A stretch of DNA of 64,000 bases from positions 1,952,001-2,016,000 of the forward strand of contig CAXXTB010000002.1 of assembly GCA_963676795.2 (NCBI GenBank), in the 5' to 3' direction. This DNA comes from Geopsychrobacteraceae bacterium (GTDB taxonomy: Bacteria; Desulfobacterota; Desulfuromonadia; Desulfuromonadales; Geopsychrobacteraceae). The position numbers were made by a program, and so were the translations under genes. The notes under the pieces are model-generated. The model was given only the letters and a program-made list of their open reading frames with translations. It was not told the DNA's origin and made no database searches. Below, in pieces: positions 1 through 10,391 of the stretch; position 1 is the first letter of the stretch; each line of letters opens with the position of its first letter.

Positions 1-2
1 AT

Positions 3-644
3 GATCCGGCGCGCGCAACCAAGCTGTTCGCCGAAAGCTACCATTTGCATCTCTTTCAGGTGGGCTATAACCTCCTCAAAAAGCAGCTGGATCGCGGCAT
101 GAAGCTGGCAGAAAGTTCGCTCTATCCATACTTCGACTACCCCGAACTGCTGTTTCTCGACTCGCTCATTCAGCGCCCTGCAAGCCTCTACCAGGCAGCA
201 ACGGATAACCAAGACAGCTACCTGCAGACAATCCGCTCCATTCCTGTTCTGCAGGTCGTCGAAAAACGCCTCGATCAGCTTGAAGCCCTGCAGCAGCTGT
301 TTACCGAAAAGCTCCGGTTCCCCCTGACGGACAACAACAGAGAAGAAGAGCGGCCTTCGCTCTCCAGCCTGCTGATGACCGCCGTCGCAAATGCCGCCCT
401 CGGACGCGCGTTTGCGCCAGCACCGCTGAGCCGTGCAGACCTTGTCCAACTGAAACAGGGGTATGACAACGATATCAGGGCACTGGAGAAATTGGCCAGC
501 CAACTGCGCTCAGCGCTCGACGGTAGCACGGCGGATCTCGAATTTTTTATCAATTTTTCGCTGGAAAACTGGGACGATTTCTTCACTGAGCTCGACGAAA
601 ACGCCGAAATCCCGCCTTTTGAAGGCTTTCTTCTAAGCCAATAA
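3..644 (+). CDS. C-terminal part of conserved hypothetical protein (DUF6178-like), truncated by window start
   Basis: Frame open from position 3 (DPARATKLFAESYHLHLFQVGY...) to TAA at 642-644; LFQVG segment recalls deltaproteobacterial DUF6178 proteins. Confidence 0.6.
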   Translation, partial: DPARATKLFAESYHLHLFQVGYNLLKKQLDRGMKLAESSLYPYFDYPELLFLDSLIQRPASLYQAATDNQDSYLQTIRSIPVLQVVEKRLDQLEALQQLFTEKLRFPLTDNNREEERPSLSSLLMTAVANAALGRAFAPAPLSRADLVQLKQGYDNDIRALEKLASQLRSALDGSTADLEFFINFSLENWDDFFTELDENAEIPPFEGFLLSQ

Positions 645-744
645 TTCTGTTCCCGGTCATGTTCTTTCTATGAGTGGTTGTGCTATAGTTCTGCTTTAAT
701 GAGAAAGTAGGCAATACAAGAAACAACATCTCAGGAGGACAGAC

Positions 745-1968
745 ATGCTCAAAAAAACCCTATTAGCCTTGCTCTCGGCGGGACTACTGACAGGCTCAGC
801 CTCGGCTGCTATCCAGCCCGGAGCATTTACCCTGTCTCCGATGTATGGCGGTCAGGTCTTTGAGGGAAATCAGTCCCTCGACGACGCCAAGCTCTGGAGC
901 ATCGGAGTCGGTTACAACTACAGCGAACATTTCGCGGTCGAAGCCCTCTACGGAAGCAGCGATGGAGATGCCGAGGCGGAAGATGCGACAACCAGCGATA
1001 CCGAGCTGCAGCACTATCGCGTTGACGCCCTCTATCACTTCATGCCGTCATCCAGCTTCGTCCCCTACCTGGCTGCCGGTGCCGGAATGACCAGCTACGA
1101 CCGGGCAGCAGGCAATGCCGATGATAACTTTGTCGTCAACTACGGCGCTGGTATCAAATGGTTCCTCCTCGACGACCTGCTCGCCCTGCGCGCTGATGTT
1201 CGCCATCTGATCGACACCGACGAGAATGCCAACAACCTGGTTTATTCTGCCGGCCTGCTGTTTCAGTTCGGCAAAAAAACCGCCAAGCCTGAGCCCATTA
1301 TCGAAGAACCGGCACCGACCGAAGAGCCTGCGCCTGTTGTCACTGCGGCTCCGCTCGACAGTGACGGTGACGGGGTTATCGACAGCAAAGATCGCTGTCC
1401 GGAAACTCCGACCGGAGTTAAGGCCGATGTCAAAGGCTGCCCACTGGACAGTGATTTCGATCGTGTTCCCGACTATCTGGACAAATGCCCTGACACCGCT
1501 CGCTGGGCTCCGGTCGATGAAAACGGCTGCCCGCTCGATGATGATCATGACGGCGTCGCCAACTATCTCGACAAATGCCCGGGAACGCCGGAAGGCTATG
1601 CCGTCGAAGCAAACGGCTGCCCGGCGAAGCTGACCCTGCACATCAACTTTGCCAATGACAGCAATGCCATCAGCGAGGAATTCAGTGGGGAAATTGCCAA
1701 AGCCGCCGAGTGCATCCGCGACTTTCCAGGCAATCTGGTCTTTATCGAGGGTCACACCGACAGCAAAGGCTCCGCAGCATATAATCAACAGCTCTCGGAA
1801 CGGCGTGCCAACGCGGTCAAAACCAGCCTGATCGAGAAGTACAATATTCCGGCAGAAAAGATGAGCGCCGTTGGCTACGGTGAAGAGCAGCCGGTTGCTG
1901 ACAACGCAACAGCTGAAGGCAGGGCTCAGAACCGCCGCGTCGAAGTCGGCTGCGGGCTGGCTCAATAA
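745..1968 (+). CDS. OmpA family outer membrane protein (beta-barrel, thrombospondin type 3 repeats, OmpA C-terminal domain)
   Basis: AGGAGG RBS; signal peptide; three DxDxDxVxDxxDxCP-type repeats; EGHTDSKG...YNQQLSERRA...NRRVE. Confidence 0.93.
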   Translation: MLKKTLLALLSAGLLTGSASAAIQPGAFTLSPMYGGQVFEGNQSLDDAKLWSIGVGYNYSEHFAVEALYGSSDGDAEAEDATTSDTELQHYRVDALYHFMPSSSFVPYLAAGAGMTSYDRAAGNADDNFVVNYGAGIKWFLLDDLLALRADVRHLIDTDENANNLVYSAGLLFQFGKKTAKPEPIIEEPAPTEEPAPVVTAAPLDSDGDGVIDSKDRCPETPTGVKADVKGCPLDSDFDRVPDYLDKCPDTARWAPVDENGCPLDDDHDGVANYLDKCPGTPEGYAVEANGCPAKLTLHINFANDSNAISEEFSGEIAKAAECIRDFPGNLVFIEGHTDSKGSAAYNQQLSERRANAVKTSLIEKYNIPAEKMSAVGYGEEQPVADNATAEGRAQNRRVEVGCGLAQ

Positions 1969-1990
1969 CCAGTATCTGCGAATTGATGGC

Positions 1991-2020
1991 AAAAAGGGTC
2001 GGAAATTTCCGACCCTTTTT
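1991..2020. terminator. Bidirectional intrinsic terminator
   Basis: Perfect 30 bp palindrome AAAAAGGGTCGGAAA/TTTCCGACCCTTTTT between convergent genes. Confidence 0.85.
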
Positions 2021-2041
2021 TGTGCATTCGGCGATTCATCG

Positions 2042-3730
2042 TCACGCCTCTGGCGGGACCAGGAACTCCTCAATCGTCCAGCCGCATGTAGGTTTCTGGT
2101 AGTAAATAAACAGAATAATACCCCGCTCACTGATTTCGGGGAGGCTGTTGAACAGGGCCGCAAAATACTGAACCTTGCCGGATCGCGACAGCTTCGCGAT
2201 CTCAGCCTTCAGCCTGAGCCGTACCCTCTCAGCTTGGACCTCTGACAGACTGGTATTGAAGAAACCGGGGCAGGTGCCGCTGGCAACCCGTTCACAGAGC
2301 GCGTAGTCCCGGGCCAGCAGATCTCTCGCACAGTCAAGCAGAGCTCCCTCAAAGCGCTCGTTCAGGAAACCTTCCAGGACCAAAAACAGATCCCGCGCAG
2401 CATGGCTGATTGCAAACAGCCCCTCTCTTTGCCAGTAAAGGCTCAAATCGGAAAAGAATCGGGACGGACGGCCAAACTGGTCAAACAGCCAGGGCATGAT
2501 GTTCCGATAGCGCCCGCTGTTATAAAACAGATCGAGCAGTCGACCGACGCCGCGCAGCTGTTCCAGCTCGGAATAGCTGAGATGGGATGATTTAAGAATG
2601 GCATAGGGAGGCTGCGGATCGAAGACGATTCCCCATTGGGACGCCTGCTGGCGCAAAGGCGCCCCCGGCAGCAGCTTGACCGGTTCAATCTGCAGGTGAT
2701 CCGGACGAATCTCAAGCACCCTGTCCAACGAGGTATAGAAGCTGTCCAGATTTTCACCGGGGAGCCCGGCAATCAGATCCAGATGCTGATGAACCCGGCC
2801 GGTCCGGACCAGACGTTCAACATTCTCGCGCAAGGCGGAAAATGTCGCTTTGCGGTGGACCCGTTCGAGAGTCTCCGGCAGGGTCGACTGAACACCGATT
2901 TCAAACTGGAAGAGGTCCTCCCCCACAGTGTCGAGAAAATCGAGGATCTCGTTGTCGAGCAGATGCGCCCCGATCTCCAGGTGAAAGCGGCTGGCCCGAT
3001 TGGTAGCCACGAGAAACCTGAGGATCTCGAGGGTTCTCGTGCGATCATAGTTGAAGGTCCGGTCGACGAATTTGATCAGCGGCACCTCATTCGCGATCAG
3101 AATGGCCAGATCGGACTTAATCCTCGCCATGGAAAAGGAGCGGACTTTTTCATCCAGCGCACTCATACAGAAGCTGCAGCTGTACGGACAGCCCCGACTG
3201 CTCTCGTAATAGACCAGCCCGCGCTTCAGATCGACCAGCCCCGCAGCAAAGGGGGAAGGAATCTCATCCAGGTTCTCCAGTCGGTCCATTGCCGGAGGCG
3301 ATTGATCAGAAGCGCACTGTACGCCCGCGATCCCCTTCGGGGCGCGCCCCTCTAACCAGCATTGAAGCAGGTGGAGAAACGGACGCTCCCCTTCACCGCG
3401 GATCAGGGCATCCACAGGGTACTGAACGAAAAAATCCCGGGTTTCAAACGAAACCTCCGGGCCACCGAGAACGATCCTCAACTCAGGGCGGATCAGTTTG
3501 AGACAGTGGGCCAGGTTGAGAGTTTCAAGGCGATTCCAGATATAAACGGAAAAACAGACGACATCGACGCCAAGTTCGACGATTTGGGCAAGGACCGACT
3601 CCTTCGGCTCATTAACGGTAAACTCGCGAATCTGAAACTCGGCAAGATCCTGACAATAGGCCTGCAGGTAAGGCAGTGCCAGGCTGGCATGAATATATTT
3701 ACTGTGCAGTGTTGAAAGCAGAATTTTCAT
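2042..3730 (-). CDS. B12-binding radical SAM protein (DUF4080 type)
   Basis: N-terminal cobalamin-binding-like domain (SVYIWN, LGGPEVS); SRGCPYSCSFC CxxxCxxC motif. Confidence 0.88.
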   Translation of the reverse strand: MKILLSTLHSKYIHASLALPYLQAYCQDLAEFQIREFTVNEPKESVLAQIVELGVDVVCFSVYIWNRLETLNLAHCLKLIRPELRIVLGGPEVSFETRDFFVQYPVDALIRGEGERPFLHLLQCWLEGRAPKGIAGVQCASDQSPPAMDRLENLDEIPSPFAAGLVDLKRGLVYYESSRGCPYSCSFCMSALDEKVRSFSMARIKSDLAILIANEVPLIKFVDRTFNYDRTRTLEILRFLVATNRASRFHLEIGAHLLDNEILDFLDTVGEDLFQFEIGVQSTLPETLERVHRKATFSALRENVERLVRTGRVHQHLDLIAGLPGENLDSFYTSLDRVLEIRPDHLQIEPVKLLPGAPLRQQASQWGIVFDPQPPYAILKSSHLSYSELEQLRGVGRLLDLFYNSGRYRNIMPWLFDQFGRPSRFFSDLSLYWQREGLFAISHAARDLFLVLEGFLNERFEGALLDCARDLLARDYALCERVASGTCPGFFNTSLSEVQAERVRLRLKAEIAKLSRSGKVQYFAALFNSLPEISERGIILFIYYQKPTCGWTIEEFLVPPEA

Positions 3731-3820
3731 CCGGGCAGCATACCCCGCAGCCGGAGCAAGTCAATGAAATTGTTGTTTCGCAAGGCTTGTGCTATCCTCC
3801 GCCGCGCAAAGGAGAAAACT

Positions 3821-5161
3821 ATGACCCGAAAAAAAACCTTCCTCGCTGTTGTCGCCGATGCCAACGGCGAAGTATTTGAGCATCCCGAGCTGCTCATGGC
3901 CGGCATGAACGGCATGACGGTGTGCCACCCGGACGCCGCCGAACTGATCCCTCTCCCCGAGGGGAGCCGCCTGTTCACAGTACCCGATACACCGGTCATC
4001 GGCTTCGAAAGAAAAGGCGGCCGCCAGGTGACTGTTGACGCCCTGCCAGCCAAATGGGGTGGAGAAAAAATCCAGGCCGTTTCGGCCTTCGTCACCCCGG
4101 CCTTCACCCGGACCCTGCTGCCGGCTGTTGATTACACCAGAAAAAGCGTTCAGTTGACACTCTGGTCCTATACTGCGGTCGGCTGGTGCGTCGAAGAGGA
4201 GCGTTTTTACGTGGCGGCCGTCCGGGTCGACCGCAACCAGCAGTGGCAACCCGAACACTACGATGACCGGATTCTTGAGCCGCTGGTCAGAAAGCGGGTG
4301 GCCGAACAGCCGGACAACCGCCTGATTGAACAGTTATCGCGCTGTGCACTCGACTACCATTGCTTTGCCGCCAAGAATCTGTTTTTCGGCCGCTGGGAGG
4401 CGCCCCTCCCCTGCTCTCCGGCCTGCAACGCCAACTGCCTCGGCTGTATCTCTCTGCAGGAAGCCCCCGAGTGCTGTGAATCGAGCCAGGATCGCCTCAG
4501 CTTTGTACCGACCGTCGAAGAGCTCTGTCAGATCGCAGTTCCCCATCTGAAGACGGCCGAAAATGCGATCGTCTCTTTTGGCCAGGGCTGTGAAGGGGAT
4601 CCGATCCTTCAGGTCGACCGGGTCGTTGCGGCTGCGGTCAAGGAGATGCGCCGTCAGACCGACCGCGGTACCATCAACTTCAATTCGAATGCATCGATCC
4701 CCGCCGCGATCGACAAACTGGCCGACGCCGGTGTCGATTCGATCCGCATCTCCCTGAATTCGGTTCAGGAACGCTTCTACAATGCCTATTACCGGCCAAC
4801 GGCCTATCGCTTTGAAGACGTTATGGAATCGGCCAGAAGAGCGAAACAGAACGGCCTGTTCACCATGCTCAACTATCTGGTTTTCCCCGGCATCACCGAC
4901 CGGGAGGACGAGATCAACAAACTGCTGGAACTGATCGACAAGGTCGGTATCGACCTGATCCAGATGCGCAATCTCGCCATCGATCCACAGATGTACTGGC
5001 AGGCGATGAAAAGCGAAGGGCGCGGGATCGGCATGAAGGCGATGCTCGACCGGGTCAAGAAAGAGATCCCTAGAATCCAGTTCGGCTATTTCAACAGAAC
5101 CAGGGACAACTTCTACCCACCAGGCTATGAGACGGACTGGCCGTTGCCACCCAGCCTGTAA
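3821..5161 (+). CDS. Radical SAM protein of unknown function
   Basis: AAGGAG RBS before ATG 3821; CNANCLGC motif; SFGQGCEGDP. Confidence 0.85.
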   Translation: MTRKKTFLAVVADANGEVFEHPELLMAGMNGMTVCHPDAAELIPLPEGSRLFTVPDTPVIGFERKGGRQVTVDALPAKWGGEKIQAVSAFVTPAFTRTLLPAVDYTRKSVQLTLWSYTAVGWCVEEERFYVAAVRVDRNQQWQPEHYDDRILEPLVRKRVAEQPDNRLIEQLSRCALDYHCFAAKNLFFGRWEAPLPCSPACNANCLGCISLQEAPECCESSQDRLSFVPTVEELCQIAVPHLKTAENAIVSFGQGCEGDPILQVDRVVAAAVKEMRRQTDRGTINFNSNASIPAAIDKLADAGVDSIRISLNSVQERFYNAYYRPTAYRFEDVMESARRAKQNGLFTMLNYLVFPGITDREDEINKLLELIDKVGIDLIQMRNLAIDPQMYWQAMKSEGRGIGMKAMLDRVKKEIPRIQFGYFNRTRDNFYPPGYETDWPLPPSL

Positions 5162-5254
5162 TTCATCAAAAAAAGCGCCATCTGGTCGGGGATCTGTCCC
5201 GCTCAGATGGCGCTTTCAAGCGCTGCAACAAAAGCTCTACCTTTAAGCCAACAA

Positions 5255-5941
5255 TCACCAGAAGGTCCAGGCCTCTGCATAAAGGACATAAATACCGAGA
5301 GCCAGGTTGGTTACCCCATGACAGAAAATGCACTGTATCAGGCTCTTTGTCCGATAGAGCAGCAGGCTGTAGCATGCCCCGGCCATGATTCCTGCCAGCA
5401 CCAGATGATGCTCAAAACCGAAAAGCAGCGCACCTATGACAAAGGAGGCGAGACTGTAGGTGCCGATCCTGACGCTTTCAAAATCCGACTTTATGATGTA
5501 GCGCAGCAGGAACGAACGCCAGAAAAGTTCCTCCATAACCGGCACAACGATAGCCGCCCCCGCCAGCCTGACCAAGATCATCCCGCCCCTGTGCCAACCG
5601 GCCGGAAAGACGCCCGGATCAAAACCTGCGCTCTCTCCAAAGAAAGCGAAATCCCAGTCCATATTGATCCACAGCACAAAGACCAGCAGACCGAGGACCA
5701 GGCTCATCAGCGTCGACCTCCACCGCCCCAGGTCACGCAGGTGTATTTCCGTATAATGACGACGGAATACCAGCAGAAGCAGGACAACGACAATAATCTT
5801 CAACGGGTAAAGATAGAGCAGATGCTGTTCAAAAAAAGAATCAACGCTTTGCTCAAGCAGAAAACCAAGCCCCTGCTGGAGCGCAATGAACAGCATAAAG
5901 ACGGCAAAAGGGAGAATACGAACCCATCCGGCAAGACTCAT
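5255..5941 (-). CDS. CAAX prenyl protease-related (CPBP) intramembrane protease
   Basis: Multi-TM protein with EELFWR, FGFEH and HGVTN motifs. Confidence 0.85.
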   Translation of the reverse strand: MSLAGWVRILPFAVFMLFIALQQGLGFLLEQSVDSFFEQHLLYLYPLKIIVVVLLLLVFRRHYTEIHLRDLGRWRSTLMSLVLGLLVFVLWINMDWDFAFFGESAGFDPGVFPAGWHRGGMILVRLAGAAIVVPVMEELFWRSFLLRYIIKSDFESVRIGTYSLASFVIGALLFGFEHHLVLAGIMAGACYSLLLYRTKSLIQCIFCHGVTNLALGIYVLYAEAWTFW

Positions 5942-6555
5942 AACAACTCCTGGACAGAAGAGGAAACAAGCGGGTGTGAGGCCTTCCAGTTATACACAAC
6001 CGACCCGGCTGAAGCCATGAACCGGACAAAGTCGTCAAGCAGCAACTGACGGTACTGCTCGAGCTCCTCAAAAGCCAGGCTCAGGGGGAATTTATGGCCC
6101 AGGCGCATCTCCAGGCGGTTCAGGACCCTGGCAACAATTTCGGGCAAGCGGTAAGACGACAGCCAGTCATTGGCAATCATGTGCGGCAGAATATTCAAAA
6201 GTCCGCGATCCAGCTCAGCCTGACGGGATTCCAGCGCGGCATAGACCGTAGCGGCAAACTGTTCCAGTCCGACCGCAGAAAATCGATCCCAGTGGCAAGC
6301 GAGAAAATGATCGTAGAAAACATCGATGACGATACTGCGGGCAAACCGCAATTGAGGATTCAGGCGCCTGCAGCTGATCCTGAAATCAGGGTCCTGATTT
6401 GTATAGGCATCGACAAAGCGATGAAGACGGATATGCCGGACCAGCTGGTCCGGCATGGTGCCAAAGTTCGCCCCTTTGTGAAAATCTCCCATCAGCGATC
6501 CTGCCCAGGCGAGAGCATCCGCATCGGAAAAGTAGAGATGGGCCAGATAGTTCAA
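5938..6555 (-). CDS. acpH: Acyl carrier protein phosphodiesterase
   Basis: MNYLAHLY...GDFHKG...LHRFVDAYT...DVFYDHFLA; 4 nt overlap with the downstream gene. Confidence 0.85.
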   Translation of the reverse strand: MNYLAHLYFSDADALAWAGSLMGDFHKGANFGTMPDQLVRHIRLHRFVDAYTNQDPDFRISCRRLNPQLRFARSIVIDVFYDHFLACHWDRFSAVGLEQFAATVYAALESRQAELDRGLLNILPHMIANDWLSSYRLPEIVARVLNRLEMRLGHKFPLSLAFEELEQYRQLLLDDFVRFMASAGSVVYNWKASHPLVSSSVQELL

Positions 6556-6568
6556 GGACGCACCTCAA

Positions 6569-7687
6569 TCAGTTCTGTCCGTCGAGGTGTCCTCCAAGTT
6601 CATCCTTGAGCTTCTGCTGCAGCGGGACTTCATTGATCAGCTTCTGAAACAGGTCAAGCATGATGCTGCGCTGTCCGGAACGGACGAAGCGCTTGACGAG
6701 CAGATCGAGACGGGAAGCAATTTCACTTTCATCTTCAATCATGCGGATGAAGTAGAGAAACGCTTTACTCCATTCCCCCTGCTCGGAATAGAGACATACC
6801 AGGCCAACGGTTGAAAACGGATCGATACCAAATTCGAGAGCACGCAGATAGGAGCTTTCCGCCGGTGCAAATTGACCGAGATGGTAATAAGCGTCGCCCA
6901 TCCGCGTATGCAGCGCCTGGGTTCCCTCCGACGACTCGAGAATCTTCATCCAGACGGCGATCGCTTCTTCGTACTTGCGATGCCAGCGGAAGCAGTTACC
7001 CAGACCGTAGAGGGCATAAGGGTTATCCGGGTCTACCTTGAGTGCGCGCCTGAAATAGCGTTCGGCGCTCTCGAAATCGGTAATTCGCCAGCACAGCTTG
7101 CCGATGATGGTGAGGATATGCAGCTCGTTCTCATCAAAGCTCAAAACCCGTTCATAGGTCCTGATCGCCTGTTCATCCTTGCCCATCCGGTGCTGCAGGT
7201 CAGCCAGGCCGGTCAGTGCATAACGGTCACGGGGAGCGATATCCAGAATCTGCTGATAGACATGTTCAGCCTTGTCGAACTGCTGAAGCGCTTTACAGCT
7301 GTCAGCGATGCGGGTCATGACATGCTTGTCCTGCGGTCGCAGGGTCAGGTAGCGATCCCACAGGGCGATAGCCTCAGTGTGGCGTTCCTGCTTTTTATAG
7401 ACATCGCCGAGACCACGCAGAGCGAATAGATTTGTCGTATCGATATCGAGCAATTTGACATAGCATTTCTCAGCGCCGTCAAAGTCCCGCAACTCACGGC
7501 AGGCATCTCCCATACCGGACAGCAGGTATGGGTTTTCCGGCTCCATATCAAGACCGGTGCCGAAGAGACTTTTGGCTTCCGAGAAACGTCTCGAGCGCAG
7601 ACGTTGTCTGGCTTTTTTTGAGATATCGATGACGCTGAACTTTTTTTCCTGCTGAGGGGAACTCTGTGGCAACTGTTCATTCTCCAT
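6569..7687 (-). CDS. Tetratricopeptide repeat protein
   Basis: Repeated ~34 aa helical units (e.g. YALYGLGNCF..., FALRGLGDVY...). Confidence 0.85.
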   Translation of the reverse strand: MENEQLPQSSPQQEKKFSVIDISKKARQRLRSRRFSEAKSLFGTGLDMEPENPYLLSGMGDACRELRDFDGAEKCYVKLLDIDTTNLFALRGLGDVYKKQERHTEAIALWDRYLTLRPQDKHVMTRIADSCKALQQFDKAEHVYQQILDIAPRDRYALTGLADLQHRMGKDEQAIRTYERVLSFDENELHILTIIGKLCWRITDFESAERYFRRALKVDPDNPYALYGLGNCFRWHRKYEEAIAVWMKILESSEGTQALHTRMGDAYYHLGQFAPAESSYLRALEFGIDPFSTVGLVCLYSEQGEWSKAFLYFIRMIEDESEIASRLDLLVKRFVRSGQRSIMLDLFQKLINEVPLQQKLKDELGGHLDGQN

Positions 7688-8155
7688 CCTTGGAACCTTT
7701 CATTTTGGTTTTTCATTTCAAACGCTTCATCAAGCGCTCCAGATACGAGCTTCGAGACCAATTTTCCAGTTTTATCATCGCGACCGGAGGCTAAAAACCT
7801 CCATCCCGATCACAAAAGATGTCATGTCTATCGCCACCTGTTATCCCCCCCTCAAGATAACAGGCCATAATCACCGGGCATTCCCCCCCGTGCCGACAGC
7901 TCCGACAGCAGGTGAAAGTTCGCCCAAACATCGAATATTAACACAATCTTGCCAACAATCAACCACCGAACATCCCTCTGTGATGAAAGCTTTTGTCTAT
8001 TTGCTTTCGGACTGATATACAGATTAATCTAAAACCTGAGACCGACATCTGTAACAGAACAGTCAACAAACTAGGTATTATTATCATTTACTGAAGTTTC
8101 AGTCGACACCTAAGACTTATTGCAGCCCTGACAAAACAGCAAAAGGACAACTCCG

Positions 8156-9289
8156 ATGATCAATGAACAACGTATCTGTGATGAATTTATGCGCCAGGCG
8201 TCGATCGACAGCCCCTCCTTCAAAGAAGGTGCTATTTCGATCTATCTCAAGCGGCGTTTCGAACAGCTGGGGGCTCAGGTTATTTATGACAATGCCGGAG
8301 AGCAGGTTGGCAGCGAAAGCGGTAATCTGATCGCTCGCTTTAGCGGCACCAGGGCGGGAGCGCCACTGATCCTGTCCGGCCACATGGACACCGTTACCCC
8401 GGCGCAGAACGTCCAGCCGGTCTTGAAGGATGGCATCTTCACCAGCGCCGGCGACACGATCCTGGGCTCGGATGACAAGGCCGGTCTGGTCGAAATCATC
8501 GAAGCCATCGAAGTCCTTAAAGAGCAGCAGATTCCTCATGTGCCTCTTGAAGTTGTCATCACCATCTGTGAGGAACAGGGGCTACTGGGTGCCAAGGCCC
8601 TCGATTTCTCGTTGCTCGCAGGAAAGCGCGGGGTCGCCCTCGACACCACCGGAACCGATATCGTCATTCACAAAGCGCCTGCCGCCAAACGCTTCAAAAT
8701 CGATATCCATGGCCATGAAGCCCATGCCGGTTTCTGCCCCGAGCAGGGTGTGTCGGCCATTCAGATTGCTTCACGTGCGATTGCCCGCATGCCGCTGGGA
8801 AGGATCGATGCCGAAACAACGGCCAATATCGGGACCATCCATGGCGGACAGGCTGCCAACATCATCCCCAACCACGTCACACTGAACGGCGAAACGCGCA
8901 GCCACGACCCGAACAAGCTCGAAGAATATACCAGACAGATTCTGACCGCCCTGAAGGAAGAGGTCGCCTCAGCCCATATCCAGGTTGGCAACGAGGTCAA
9001 ACAGGCTCGACTGGAAATTGAGATTCAGGATGACTACCCAGCCATGAATGTCGAGCTGGATTCGGGAATTATCAGCATCATCAGCCAGGCTGGAGAAGCC
9101 CTGTGCCGCCCGCAACAGATCCGCTCGGCCGGCGGCGGTTCTGACGCCAATATTTTCAACGCCCAGGGAATAGAGATGGTCATCATGGCTTGCGGCATGG
9201 ACAAGGTCCATTCCATCAACGAGCAGGTGAAGGTCGAGGACATGGTCAAGACCGCGGCCCTGCTCGTCGAAATCATCCGCCGCGCCTGA
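8156..9289 (+). CDS. M20 family metallopeptidase (peptidase T-like)
   Basis: GHMDTV, GSDDKAG, EEQG, GGGSDAN, HSINE motifs. Confidence 0.9.
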   Translation: MINEQRICDEFMRQASIDSPSFKEGAISIYLKRRFEQLGAQVIYDNAGEQVGSESGNLIARFSGTRAGAPLILSGHMDTVTPAQNVQPVLKDGIFTSAGDTILGSDDKAGLVEIIEAIEVLKEQQIPHVPLEVVITICEEQGLLGAKALDFSLLAGKRGVALDTTGTDIVIHKAPAAKRFKIDIHGHEAHAGFCPEQGVSAIQIASRAIARMPLGRIDAETTANIGTIHGGQAANIIPNHVTLNGETRSHDPNKLEEYTRQILTALKEEVASAHIQVGNEVKQARLEIEIQDDYPAMNVELDSGIISIISQAGEALCRPQQIRSAGGGSDANIFNAQGIEMVIMACGMDKVHSINEQVKVEDMVKTAALLVEIIRRA

Positions 9290-9296
9290 TTGAAAC

Positions 9297-10175
9297 TCAG
9301 AAATCAAGCCCTGAACCACGTTTCTCCAGAGCCTGGCGAATCTCTTCGACACAGGAATAGGGAACCGGGTTACCGTGAGCGCCACGACCGATCTCAATGG
9401 TGGCATCGGGATCGCCGTGAAAATCTGAGCCGCCGGTGACAATCAGCGCATTGCCCCTGGCAAAGTTGATCAGCCAGTTGATCCCTTCAATGCCGACGCC
9501 GTTGTTATAGGCCTCGATACCGTCGAGGCCCAGCCCCTTGAGTTCAAGCATAACCGCTCGCAACTGACTGCGGTTACGACACAGGTAGGGTGGATGAGCG
9601 AGGACAACGATACCGCCGATGCGATGAATCAGGTCAATCGCCCTATCGGCCGGGAAATAGCGTTTCGGGACATCGCAGGGAATCAGGTAGCGATCAAAGG
9701 CGTCATCGTTGCTTGTTACATAACCGGCGGCCCGCAAGGCCCTGGCGATATGAGGCCTGCCGATCGTGCCATCAGCCAAAGCGTAAATCTTTTCGATATC
9801 AAGAGGAGCGCGCTGTTCGTCTTTCAGTTTCAGGTTGATCCGCTCAACAATCTGAGCCGAACGATTTTCACGAAAATCCTGAAAAGCCTTAAGCTCTGCC
9901 TGCAATTCGTCAGAGCTATAATCGAAACCATAGCCGAGCAGATGCATGTCGGAATGTTCGCGCCATTGGGTCGACAACTCAACGGCAGGAATGATATCGA
10001 TACCAAAGCCCTTTGCCGTCTGACGGGCCGGAACGATAGCATCGATATTGTCGTGATCAGCCAGGGCGATCACCCCCAACTCAAGGCCGGCCACAGCGGC
10101 GACGACCTCTTCAGGACGCAAAAAACCGTCCGAGCAGGTCGAGTGGATATGAAGGTCGACGTATTCAGTTTGCAT
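9297..10175 (-). CDS. PHP domain phosphoesterase
   Basis: DLHIHSTCSDG, ADHD, LAHP, TGGSDFHG. Confidence 0.9.
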   Translation of the reverse strand: MQTEYVDLHIHSTCSDGFLRPEEVVAAVAGLELGVIALADHDNIDAIVPARQTAKGFGIDIIPAVELSTQWREHSDMHLLGYGFDYSSDELQAELKAFQDFRENRSAQIVERINLKLKDEQRAPLDIEKIYALADGTIGRPHIARALRAAGYVTSNDDAFDRYLIPCDVPKRYFPADRAIDLIHRIGGIVVLAHPPYLCRNRSQLRAVMLELKGLGLDGIEAYNNGVGIEGINWLINFARGNALIVTGGSDFHGDPDATIEIGRGAHGNPVPYSCVEEIRQALEKRGSGLDF

Positions 10176-10391
10176 GGTATGATGCTTTCATCAAAAATAT
10201 CAGGTTGGCTGAACTAAAGATACCGGCATCGCACATTAGCCCGGGTCTTATAACACCAGCAGCTATACATTATTGTCAGGTTCAAAGTATATTGCCAGCC
10301 TGCCGGTCATTTTCTGACAGACGCGAGCGACTTGACGCCGACAAAACCTGAGTGTACACAAAGAAAAACGACTTCCTCAACGGAATAATTC

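Noticed and set aside
7700..7830. c-di-GMP-I riboswitch (GCCTCCGGTC-like segment on the minus strand)
   Set aside because: The GCAAA and GNRA tetraloop/receptor elements are not present
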